DNA of 64,000 nucleotides, taken from Seison nebaliae. Its lineage: Eukaryota. The DNA is taken from contig JALJEE010000449.1 of the NCBI GenBank assembly GCA_023231475.1, forward strand, positions 1-64,000. Direction: 5' to 3'. Below are positions 1-11,297 of the stretch, piece by piece (the stretch's first letter is position 1; every line of letters begins with the position of its first letter). The notes below the pieces were generated by a model. It ran no database searches and was not told where the DNA came from. It saw nothing but the letters and a program-made list of their open reading frames with translations. A program made the translations under genes and the position numbers.

Positions 1-488
1 ATCATCATCATCACCATCATCATCATTAACAGGCGATAAAAGTATCGGTTCCATAATCATTATTACACTTCAATTTGTAATTTGAATATTAATTTAATAT
101 TTAACGGATATTTTATGACAATAGAATTTTAATAGTCATAGTTTAAGATTATGTCATTGACTCCCTAAACTTTCCCAACGACTTTCCCATAAGTCGTCTT
201 TTATTTCTGCTTTGAATGATTGGGAGAATTTGAGTAGAAATTGAAAACAGTCTTTTCCGAGGAACATGTCATGCAGCATGAAATATAAAAAGAAAAAAAT
301 AATAAATTGTTCTCCTACTAAACAAACGTAAGAAAACTATCTCTTACTTCCATTAATGAGATATTAGTGGACATTTTTCAAATAAGCGACATTTTTTTTC
401 TGGTTTAATTTTTTATCATTTCATAACAAAAACACTTTTTATAATTCCAATCATTAAGAACGGAAAAGAGAATAAATTAGACTTATAC

Positions 489-2273
489 ATGTTTCATTTT
501 ATGAACGAAAAATTGGCGAAATTTGTCTTTCGTACTTACCTCCTCACAAGTCTGCGCCATATCTCTTTCGTATTCTTCCTGACATTCCTCCTCATATTCA
601 ATTTCCTTTTCCAAACTACCACCATATTGAGAGTAGATGATTATTCCGAGAGTATTATCATCGGATATGAGAGACACTCCGGTTGTCTTTTTAAGACGTC
701 TAAAGATTTACTCCATGGAATTATTCTTCCGTCCAAATCTCACAAATTAAAAACGGCAGTTCATGAATTATTTCGGGCCCATTCTCTTAAGAACCATTCC
801 CGGTTTAATAGTACGATATACGAGATGGAACTATTCAAAAACAAATTAGACTTTTCACGTATTTTATGTTACGGGAACGAAGGAGCAGATAATCATTCGA
901 CAGAACATCAACAATTTCAATATATCGATAGCAAACCAGATAAATATGGATATCGATATTGGAAATTAATCGATTACAAGTATAATAAACTTCGCGGTTG
1001 GTCTGTCAAACAGGAAGATGATATGACACGTCTATGTAAATTGTCTCAGACATGTCGAAAGAAATGGGAGTTTAAAGATCATGGTTTAACGGTAATTAAC
1101 CATTTCTTATATATGATTCTACTGACCGCATTAACCACCGTTTTCGAGAAATACAAATTGACTCATTTCCTTCATCAAGGATCACTCATCGGATCAGTTC
1201 GTCATCATGACGTAATTCCATGGGATGATGATATCGATATTGCAGTGACGGCGGAATATCCGACAAAATTATTCGTCGCATTAGACGAATTATGTCGAAA
1301 TGGCTTAATCACTTTTCGTTGTGGTCGTTCAACACCGATCAAACATTCATTTTTGAATAAACTCATTATGGATTCTCCGCTCTTATTTCGGAATTGGGGT
1401 GAACACGAAAATTTGTTGAATCGAAAAAAAACAAATTTAACGAAACTGTTGTTGTTGGAAGAAGAATTTTATAAATTACCAGAAAATAATAAAGAACCGA
1501 TTGACATTTTAAAAAGATCGATAAAAGATCAGTTATATCTTAATAGCAGTTCGAGATTAATTCAGAATATAAAAATATATTTTAACGACATCTCGTCATT
1601 TAAACCGTTTCATCGATTATTGAAGGTTTGGAATAAGAATGAGAAATATTCATTAACTTTTCCCGCCATCGATTTATGGATAATTTATCCGTCTCATTTG
1701 CCGAATGAGACTAAATATTTCGCTAATCTACATCCATTATGTCCGACGAGCAAACGGTCCGGTGGAATAATTTTCAAAAGAAATATTATTCTTCCATTAT
1801 ATCGAAGACCATTTGGACCTTTATGGATACCGGTCCCACAAGACATTCCGATTTATTTACTAATATGTTCGATACGACAAAAGATCTTGAGAGTGATGCA
1901 GGAATGCATCTCATCCAGATGGAATCATAAGACTCAATCATCGAAGAATTCTGTGGATTTTACGTGCGATAAATTATCGACTTTTTTCCCCTTCGTCCAA
2001 ACAAGAGACTCGGTCGCAAGACACTCTACGTCAATTCTTTGCTATGACAAATTATCGATTGCTCAATCATTTCTTGACTTGAAGTGGTTGGAATCGTCTT
2101 TCATCAACGAGAAGGACAAGAAAGAGAAGAAAATTATTCAAACATTTTTGAAGTCGCGACGTCATTTGAAGCTGTTCAATCTGCCCAAATATTTAAATCC
2201 TGTAAATGCATGTATTGAACATTTGGTGAAAGATACGACACTTCTCCAAACACTCACTATTCGGAGGACTTAA
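489..2273 (+). CDS. LicD/fukutin-related nucleotidyltransferase-fold protein, type II membrane anchor, intronless (594 aa)
   Basis: Single ORF; N-terminal hydrophobic segment ISFVFFLTFLLIFNFLF; LicD motif GSLIGSVRHHDVIPWDDDIDI; downstream FPAIDLWI and LPLYRRPFGPLWIPVP match the LicD/FKRP C-terminal pattern. Confidence 0.85.
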   Translation: MFHFMNEKLAKFVFRTYLLTSLRHISFVFFLTFLLIFNFLFQTTTILRVDDYSESIIIGYERHSGCLFKTSKDLLHGIILPSKSHKLKTAVHELFRAHSLKNHSRFNSTIYEMELFKNKLDFSRILCYGNEGADNHSTEHQQFQYIDSKPDKYGYRYWKLIDYKYNKLRGWSVKQEDDMTRLCKLSQTCRKKWEFKDHGLTVINHFLYMILLTALTTVFEKYKLTHFLHQGSLIGSVRHHDVIPWDDDIDIAVTAEYPTKLFVALDELCRNGLITFRCGRSTPIKHSFLNKLIMDSPLLFRNWGEHENLLNRKKTNLTKLLLLEEEFYKLPENNKEPIDILKRSIKDQLYLNSSSRLIQNIKIYFNDISSFKPFHRLLKVWNKNEKYSLTFPAIDLWIIYPSHLPNETKYFANLHPLCPTSKRSGGIIFKRNIILPLYRRPFGPLWIPVPQDIPIYLLICSIRQKILRVMQECISSRWNHKTQSSKNSVDFTCDKLSTFFPFVQTRDSVARHSTSILCYDKLSIAQSFLDLKWLESSFINEKDKKEKKIIQTFLKSRRHLKLFNLPKYLNPVNACIEHLVKDTTLLQTLTIRRT

Positions 2274-2579
2274 CAATCTCTATTTGAAACGATTATATTA
2301 TGTTTCTTTTTCTTTTCTGGTTATTGGCGAAAGAATTTCGTTTGTTATTTCTTTTATTGAATAAATATTTTTAAGTGAAACTTTTTCTTCCTTCATACTC
2401 TTGGAGGAAGTTTAATCGATAAATTTATTTGTTCAATCTTAATTATTCATGAGATTGAGCCATTTACATTCGACATTGATCCATATATATCTTTCAAACT
2501 AATAACAAATAAAATCTGCTCTCAACTTTCAATAACAATTCAAAAATAATTTGGAAATTGCTAAGAAAGAAATAGCCGA

Positions 2580-5500
2580 ATGAAGATAATTAATCGTTTT
2601 TCGATATTCATCTTCCTATCGATCATTGTCGCTCTCCAATCGATAACAGTCGATGTCGATTGGAGGAATCCGTCCGACAAATTACATTTCGAAGATAATC
2701 TTGTGATCGGTGTCACGGTAACTGGAATCGCACTCCCCTCCCCGACTTCTTTGATTTGTGCTGTACAAACACCACTCCACAAATATCATCAATTCTATTT
2801 AAGGAAAGTTTATAAAAGATCAGATGCAACGACTGCCGTTCCATCAGTCGCAATCAATGGAGAACGTACATATACAAACAAAATAAAATATTCGGTTGGT
2901 CTTTAAAAAGTCATCGAAATTTAAATCTTTTTTTTTGTACAGACGATTGTTGGAAGTTTCACTGTGGACGTCACATCCGGTAGATCGTTAAATTTCGATT
3001 TTGAAATGTATTTCAATGTGAGAATTACTTCATATGTGCTAAGTAAAACTTCTTTACTAGTCAGTCCAATTTATGTCACTTGTGCATTGGGCGAAGAAGT
3101 TTCCATGCAAATGATTGATGATATTACATTAGACTTTACCGATCTTTTAACGGTTTCTTATTTTATTTAAACATTTTATTTTTTATATTTAAATCATATC
3201 ATATAGTATGTTGGTTCGTTAACCCCTCCGAGTTACCATGTGGTTCCTGGACCTAAACATTCCGTTGGTGCTGGTAGTTATATCGATGTCATAGTCAATT
3301 TACGACATCGAAAATTTCTCAAACTCTTAACCATCAGAGGTTACGACAGTGTCTCCACGAAATTACGAGGAGTATATCGAATTCGAACTGGAAAAAATTT
3401 CCATTACGAACCGTTCAGTTCCGTTGCTGCTTATTGTTCTGGTACATGTCCCAGTCTAGTTCGTACCGATCGATATATCAATAATCATGGTTAACGGCCT
3501 TTTATTTTTAGTTGAAGATATGATTTTGTTACCATTTTCAGATAGAACTCGAGTTTTAACTGATAATACGATAACTTATCGTATATTTTATACAGTTCAA
3601 CCAACTTATATCCAACATGCTGTTTATCATTATGGTGTAACATTTAATGACGGATCGGAATTTAAGACGACTTATGCTGCTGCTTTGGGGCCACCATCTT
3701 CTTGTGACTTTAACGTTACATCGGATTATTTGACGGTGAGTGAAGTGGATGGACCGACTCAAGGTGTCTTCCCCGAACAAGTTCTCACCAATCATGTCAT
3801 TCGAACCGCTTTGCCAATTATGAAAACTGACTCCGACAAAACTGAGTGTATGGAATTATCTTATCGAATTATTCCAAATCCGTCATGTACGATTGAAACG
3901 TATTCATATCTCTATAAATATTACACATTTACACCCGTCCCGATTGTTATCGAAAATGTTTGTCTTCAGTTTTTATCAGATATTTCAAATATCATTTTAG
4001 AATGAAGTATTTTTGGATTACACAAATGTGCTGAAAACATACTCACTTCCTGTATATCATAGTTCTTATACACATTACGCTTTAGTGTTGAGATGTGAAG
4101 GTTAGTGAGAATTTGGTTTAAAAAAAAAATTAAAAATTTATCAGGAAACAATCGTGGTTATCGATTGGAAGGAATGTCGAAATCGACCGACGGTTTCCCT
4201 TATTACATCAATTTCACGAAAGATATTGATGTGGTAGACACACCCGATTATTCATTGATGACAGTGACGGTTTTCCATTTTCATTGTTTTGCTTATTATT
4301 ATTTTACCACTTTAACCTCATTTTAGTTGTATACACCAATTCAAACAATCATTACTGGTACTTATTTCGCAAGTCAAGCGGGTGTTGACGGACTTACGAA
4401 ACCGCCATCTCCCTACGATGTCCATTATATTCGAGTGGATATAGATGACAATATGTGGATGAAAGATTGTGAGTTGAAATTCGAGTTAACGACGGGGAGA
4501 GATGTTTTGTGGAAGAATATGAGAATTTATTGGACTGGTTCAAATATCAAAATCAGTTCAGATGCAGTTGAATGGACAATTAACGGTGTGAGAACTATAG
4601 GCAGATTAAAACTGAACAACATAGCGACACTTCGGGGATATTATTCTCCATATCCTTCTTCGTTCATATTTTTTTAAATTTTGAATTTAAACTATCTAAT
4701 TGGTATTTTCAGATATCATTCACAACTTATTCTTGAAATAACAATGGAAGTTAATCCCGCCAGTGACCTGCCATCGGCCGAACCGATCGAACGACCTTAT
4801 ACCATGTCGATGACTTGTCAAGGCATTTCTGTAGGATCCACTGTATCTGGAACTGCTCGAGTTGTCCCCAACTATATCATCCCACCAATGTCGATAGTTT
4901 ACAACTTATCTAAATTTCCAGTTAAATTCCATTTTATTTTAGGCTCAAAATGAATTCACAAGTTCGAAGATAGCGGCCATGTCTTCGATTACTTGGAAAC
5001 ATAAAGTGGTTACCGGTTCTCCAAACTACGATATTTGGTTGTCGTTTGGGAAATTTTATTTCCCAAAACATTTCTATACAGAGCGATTGCTGTTGAAAGG
5101 AAGTACAACCGGTAATGTTGAACAACACACTTGTTCTGCAGGAACTAAAAGTATCGGATTCTCTATGCCGGCAGCTGGTAGTCTAATTTATGGGACTGGA
5201 AATGACAGTTTGATTCCATATACAATGGATGACGCCATAAAATTTCAACGAGATTACAAAGAAATTGATGGCGATTACTTTACTCAACAATTCGTCAACG
5301 ATTTGGGATTTGCTATTTTTGTCAGTTCATAATTATCATCTTCTTCTTTTGAATTAGTGTAATTTGATGTTAATAATAGGAAATTATCCGTCATATGAAC
5401 GACGTGAGTATCAGGTTGAATTTATGTTTACGAATATGGTGAAGAAGAATTTGAAACCATCAATGGAACTATCTGTAAATTTCTATGACGCCGTTCTCAA

Positions 5501-8500
5501 AAGTCCAATAACTTTATCTGATTCGACCACAGTGGAAACAACGGAAAATTTAATTAATACAGTTAATTCTTTTGATGGAATTGAATACAAAAATAATTGA
5601 ATTTGCAGGAAAGTGAAGCACCATCAACTGTAACATCGAAATGGTTCGATGGAAATGAAATCTTTCCTGGAGAAACAAAAGTTTTACTTTTATGGACCCA
5701 ACTGAGTCCAGGTAAAGACTATTCGGAAATTGGCTTTTCTGTTGCTGTTGAACGTTTATCTAATTTTAATTTTAATTTCATAACAATATTCGAATATTAG
5801 CGAACCATTTCAGTGTTGTTGATATCATGCTGGTACAAGCAGGAATAAATGTTCCATGTATTACCGATTATATACCATCAGTGAGAGAGTTCGTATATAA
5901 AGACTTCAATGGTCAACCCTGGAGCACGTTAGATATTCCAAAAAAGAATTATATTATGAAAGAATCGATTCCTTTCAATAACGATGATAAAGTGATAAAG
6001 AAAGCGGTTATAAAATTCACAAACACCATAACAATTCCCAATCAATACGAATATGGTCATTCAAATAATTCGAACAACGCCGAACTGAATAAAGTTATTT
6101 GAATTCCATTAATAATTTCTATTCCATTAATAATTTCAATTTTCAGTTATATTTTGAAGTTCATATTCATGCTTTGGAAAGTTCCAATGTCGTTGATCTG
6201 ACGAAACAGGTCACTTTAGATTGGCATGGAACGCAACGGACACCGACGCTCAAGAAGAAGACTTCTCTCAAATCGAGTAATAAAAATGGGGAAATCTCAG
6301 ACGTCGTCATTGGAATTGCTGATAGTAATGATGCATGGAAGATAATAGAAGATATTCCATCAGTTGCAGTTGGACAATTACTGAACATGAGAATAAAATT
6401 TCGATATTCGGATAAAATAATTTCGAAAAATTATTATGACACGAGACCGATTACGGCCAATTTGCGATTTAAATTGACAACCGCAGTGGAAACCGTCAGC
6501 GAAGAACATGGCGAAGAAAGTTTACTCGATATCAAATCGATCAGAATTGGCGAATTGGGAAAGAATGTTGAAACGATCAGAAAAAATTATATTAATTCGG
6601 CCAACATACAATTTACCGTAATCAATGACGATACACCACATAGTCATACCGGTCTGGTGGATTGGTTCATTATCACTAATACGGAATTGAGTCATCGTAA
6701 TACGTTTATGGATGCGACGGATGAAGATGATGAGATAATAGTGGATTTCCAAGTGAAAGTGTCTGATCATTGGTCATACGCGAACGCCGAATCCACAAAT
6801 ACTTCGATTGGATTGAAAGTTCAGCTGAAAGATAAGGATAATGTTGTAACAGCCGTAGAAACTACCAAAACTGTAACTGTCACGTTGAACGATAACAAAA
6901 TCCCACAAATTCAAGTTGATGCAGAATTATCTTCACCAACTTATTTGGTGAAGTTCGTAATTTAAATTTATTAATTTTAATAATTTTTTCTTAAATTTTA
7001 AGTGAATTGATAAATTTGAATGTTAACCTGGAACATAAAACCGAATCGACGGCGAATGCTTATGAAATCGAAACTCGAATTCATGTTCCGTATCATCTCG
7101 CTTATAATACAACTTCATTAATCAAGGGACGGAATAATATCCAAACAGAAGTTGTTGACAATGAATATATCAATGTGAAAGTTAATTATAATTCATAATA
7201 AAATAATTAGTTAAATTTATAATATTATTATTTCCAAAGGTGAAATCACTTGTTCTTGGAGAGAAAATTAATTTCAGTGTTCTATTTATGATCGAAGAAG
7301 AGAAGTATATCAATTTAAAGGATAGAAGTACAAATGATGATAATACGAAATATTTGAATACCGATTTCTCGATCGATGTCATCAGTCATCGATCAATCGT
7401 CACCACATCAGAGTCGACCACAGTCATATTGGATGAAACGGAATTCTTCGAGGAGACCACCTTCCTTTCATGTAATATCACAACGACCTGTTAGGAAATT
7501 TTCAATGACGAATAAAATTTGATTTTTGTTGCAGTCAATTTTTATCAGGAATCAAACTCCTATAATTTGTGTTATGAAACGGCATCGGAATCTGCTACCA
7601 ATATTAACCATATGGGTAAAGTACAAACGAAACACGACACACCGGCATGGTTAGGAGATCAACCGGCGAACGATTATAATCATCAATATTTACAAGTTAA
7701 TAATAATTAAAATTTCTCTCATTCTTATCGATCAGGTGCAAATGGGATATAAAAAATTTAATGTTCAACGAATTAAATTGGAAATGAAAAACGATGACTT
7801 CCTACCAACGAGAGTTCTCGTTCGATTTACAAAGAATAATATGATACCGGTTTGGTATCCATCAACCACATCAAATAATCGGGATCGATATCTGATCGAT
7901 ATACCTGCAGGAAGAAAGGAATATTTGATTAATATCGTTGAAAGTGATGTGGATGGAGTTCGTGTTTATCCGATAATGAATGATGGAGAATCGATTCCAT
8001 ATTTCACTATCAAAGTTTTAGGCGTACCGATCGATGAGACAAGTTTTGAATTTTATTTTAAAGTTTCTTTTTCATAATTTTTTCAACAAGAGCTCGGTTG
8101 TAGAATGGAGAGGACGTGGTCTCGATTATTATTGACGAACGAGAAGAATTTAATTGCTTCCTGTATGAGATCTACATCGAAGTTATTTGAAAATTAAAAA
8201 AAAATTTTTTTTCAATTTTATTTTTAGTGATCCATCACAATGTTCGATATCGTTAGACAACGGAAATAAATGGATAAGTTTTCCTTCTTTTGTTTTTCAT
8301 CAATATTATTGAATCGAAATAATTCAGAGATAAATGAACATATTGTAAATCTACATTTTATCGATTCTAAATCGAACGTTGCGTCATGGAGCAATGGAAG
8401 AAGTACAGAGAATGAGAATATTTATGGGACGTTCGATGATGGTACGATGAAAATGAGAATTTCTCTTTATGAAGAAATGGAGAATCCGATTTTCTATGAG

Positions 8501-8820
8501 GAATTAAATCTATTACAAGATAATTTGGATGTGACTACTAATCTTTTCTCCTTCTCTGGTTATCTCACTGAACAATACGACAATCACTGGACAGCGGCTA
8601 CGAAACGAAAAAAACATATTCCTTTCAAATCCATGGTTTTTTCTTATCACCTATTTTTTAAAATTTACTATTAACATCTCATTTGTAGAGTGGGAAGACG
8701 ATGGATGAATTAAGTTCATATCATTTATCATACAATTCCACATTAATCGGTGTGGACGGTGATGGAATTAAATTGAAAAATGATGATGCCACTTGGGAGA
8801 AGATCGCGAACTGGTTCTAA
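2580..8820 (+). CDS. Large putative secreted protein (~1748 aa, 21 exons) with possible F5/8 type C (discoidin)-like domain near C-terminus; function unknown
   Basis: Signal peptide MKIINRFSIFIFLSIIVALQS; successive ORFs join in frame via 20 AT-rich GT-AG introns (2895-2942, 3153-3206, ~3454-3511 donor ambiguous, 3958-4000, 4101-4144, 4270-4326, 4662-4712, 4897-4942, 5325-5379, 5562-5608, 5754-5800, 6094-6146, 6953-7002, 7181-7239, 7490-7534, 7696-7735, 8043-8090, 8182-8227, 8278-8327, 8636-8688); spliced length 5247 nt is divisible by 3; ends EKIANWF* at 8820. PAWLGDQPANDYNHQYLQVQMG resembles the discoidin AW...QWLQVDLG motif. Confidence 0.75.
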
Positions 8821-9247
8821 ATTATGACGAATAATTCATAATAATTCAACGTAATAATAATATGAATATTTCCCTCATTCTTTCCTCGTATCTGATCTAC
8901 GAATTTTTGATTTGTTATTGAAAATATTAGGAAGTAATCGGATTGAATGGAAGTGGATTGTTTAGAATAAAATCATTTCTTTCTCTCGAATTTCCTGACA
9001 AGAGAATGTGAATGAGAAGTTGATATTAGATGAGAGTTTTAGCGCGCTACACAGAATCGGGAGAGAGAAAGTCAAAAGACTAAAAGAAAAAAAAATGAGA
9101 ATTTATTTAGTTTGAGAATTTGAATATGCCAACAACAACAACGTGAGAGGGAAGTATATTTGTTGATAAGAAGAATTTCCCTTCGAATTAGTTCGTTTCG
9201 TTAATTCTGTTTATTTATTTATAAATCAATCGACATATTATTGTTGG

Positions 9248-11159
9248 ATGGAAGATTCTCAACGTGATTCAATGGAGGAAGTTGAAGAGAAGATGATAAA
9301 AGTTTATGTCACTTCCATTTCGTCTAGTAAGGACGTTCGAATGAATCAGCGGAAAATGTCTTATGTTCTCATTTCGAATAACATCGAATTTAAAGAGATC
9401 GATATTTCCGATCCATATTATGGAGAAGAGAAGGATCTGATGTGGAAACGTGTCCAATCGATTTATTCCGAATCCAATTCGGATGATAGTGGAAGTGAAG
9501 GTTGTACTCGAATTCATAAAAATGTCGTCACTCCTCAAATATTCAGTGATGGCAAATATTGTGGAGTTATTTGAATTTTTTAAAAATAATTAATTTTAAA
9601 TTATTATCATTTTATATTAAAAGGATTATCATTCGTTTGAAGACGCGATAGAGAACGATGAATTATACAAATTCTTATTCTTGGAAGAACCGGAACCGAT
9701 TCGGAATCCAAATTTAACTCCGATCGAAACATCTGTTAGATAATGAGAAAGAGATGCAAATTCCGTTCCATTCTAACTCGACATGTTTTCAGAACTAACG
9801 CAGAACTCCATTCCATATATGAAAGATTTCCTTTTTTTTTAAAAAAAAAATTATTCCACCAAATTCAATTCCTGTAAATTCTCATTCTTATTTTGAATAT
9901 TCAATTATTTCGATTGTTACTCATTTCTCAATTTGTTTGTCATTCACCTCTCACTTAACCTTCATCGTCTCTAACAAACTGTTTTATTGAATGTTTCAAA
10001 TATATCTAATATATTTTGAATTAATAAATGAAAGGAAAACGAAGAAGAGGAGAAAGAGAACGAAAATGAAGATGAAATTAAAAATTCTGATGATGAAGAT
10101 GAAATTAAGAAATCAGATGATGAAGATGAAATAAAAAATTCTGATGGTGAAGATAAAGAAGATGAAGATGAAGAAGATAATAAGGAGGATATGAATGTAT
10201 CAGACGAGGAAGAAGAAAAAATGGAAAAAGATGCGACAGTTAAAGATCATGAAGATGGTAGTGGTGATGATATTTCAAGTGGAAAAGAAGAAGATGATGA
10301 AAATATGACGGAGAAAAGAGATAGTGAAGAAGATGATGAAAATATGACAGAGAAAAGAGATAGTGAAGAAGATGAAGATATGACAGAAAAAAGAGATAGT
10401 GAAGAAGAAGAAAATTCCAGTGAAGACGAACAACCAACAGAGAAAGACGAAGAATCGTTAGATGGAAATGAATCGACGACTATAAATGAGATAGAGAGTG
10501 ACAACGATGAAGATAAGAGTGAAATTGATGCTTCTTCCATCCATGAAGATGAGGAAGAAAAGAAGAATGAAGAGGAAGAAGAAGTTTATTCGCGATCAAG
10601 ACGCCGAAGACGTGAATGGGCAAATGAAGAAGAAAAAGAGAGTTCAGAAGAAGAAGAAGAAGAAGATTCAGCTGATCATGAAGATTATGTGGAAGATGAA
10701 GATGATGATACTCCAAATCCACGTCTATCGACAATAGCGGAAGATGAAGAGGAAGAAGAAGAATCGAATCCTCGTTTAAGTTCCGATAGTAACAAATCGA
10801 GTAAACCAAGATTAAGTACAGAAGATGATGTCTCATCAATATTCGAACCAGATAAATCGTCGATAAAAGACGATGTGGAAATGAAGAAGGAAACGCCGAA
10901 ACGACGAGGTCGTTTTGATTCGGAAGAGAAGGAATCAGTCGAACCGAAAGAAGAAAAGAAATCGAACGATTCGTCGATAATTGAGGAGACGGTGGAGAAA
11001 CCGAAAAGAAGAGGACGATTCAGTTCGCCCGAACCAACAGAAGAAGTTCACGAAAGACCAAAACGTCAAGGACGTTTCGACGATGTGGAAGTACCGACCG
11101 ATGTGGAAAAAGTAGAAGAAACGCCAACTACGACCGGCCGTCGTCGTCGAGGATGGTAA
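9248..11159 (+). CDS. SH3BGR-family (thioredoxin-like fold) protein with long acidic C-terminal tail
   Basis: Exons 9248-9565, 9624-9734, 10035-11159. MIKVYVTSISSSKDVRMNQ...IEFKEIDIS...TPQIFSDGKYCG|DYHSFEDAIENDELYKFL matches SH3BGR/SH3BGRL; last exon is in frame with the E/D-rich ORF 10191-11159. Confidence 0.85.
10068..10410 (+). repeat. Coding tandem repeats in SH3BGR tail: ~27-bp unit x3 (EDEIKNSDD) and ~39-bp unit x3 (ENMTEKRDSEEDD)
   Basis: gaagatgaaattaaaaattctgatgat repeated ~10068-10150; aatatgacrgagaaaagagatagtgaagaagatgatga repeated ~10290-10410. Confidence 0.85.
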
Positions 11160-11297
11160 AAATGGAAATTTTTAAACATTTATTTAATTTGCTTCTCCTT
11201 TCCATTTGATATTCATTACGATTAAACAAAATATTTTGAAAATTTTAATTTAAACTGAAATTTTATCTGAAGAAAATAATCTAAAATTTAAAAAAGT

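Noticed and set aside
3490..3511. 22-nt GTT..AG micro-intron
   Set aside because: Phase-compatible but far below the 40-nt minimum seen elsewhere; donors at 3454 (GTCTAG) or 3442 (GTACAT) also fit; unresolved without RNA data.
2580..8820. Run of short same-strand ORFs read as an operon, pseudogene, frameshifting or stop-codon reassignment
   Set aside because: Every break coincides with an AT-rich GT..AG segment whose removal restores frame under the standard code.
10240..10839. Antisense/alternative-frame ORFs over the acidic tail
   Set aside because: Shadow ORFs of GAA/GAT-rich low-complexity coding sequence.
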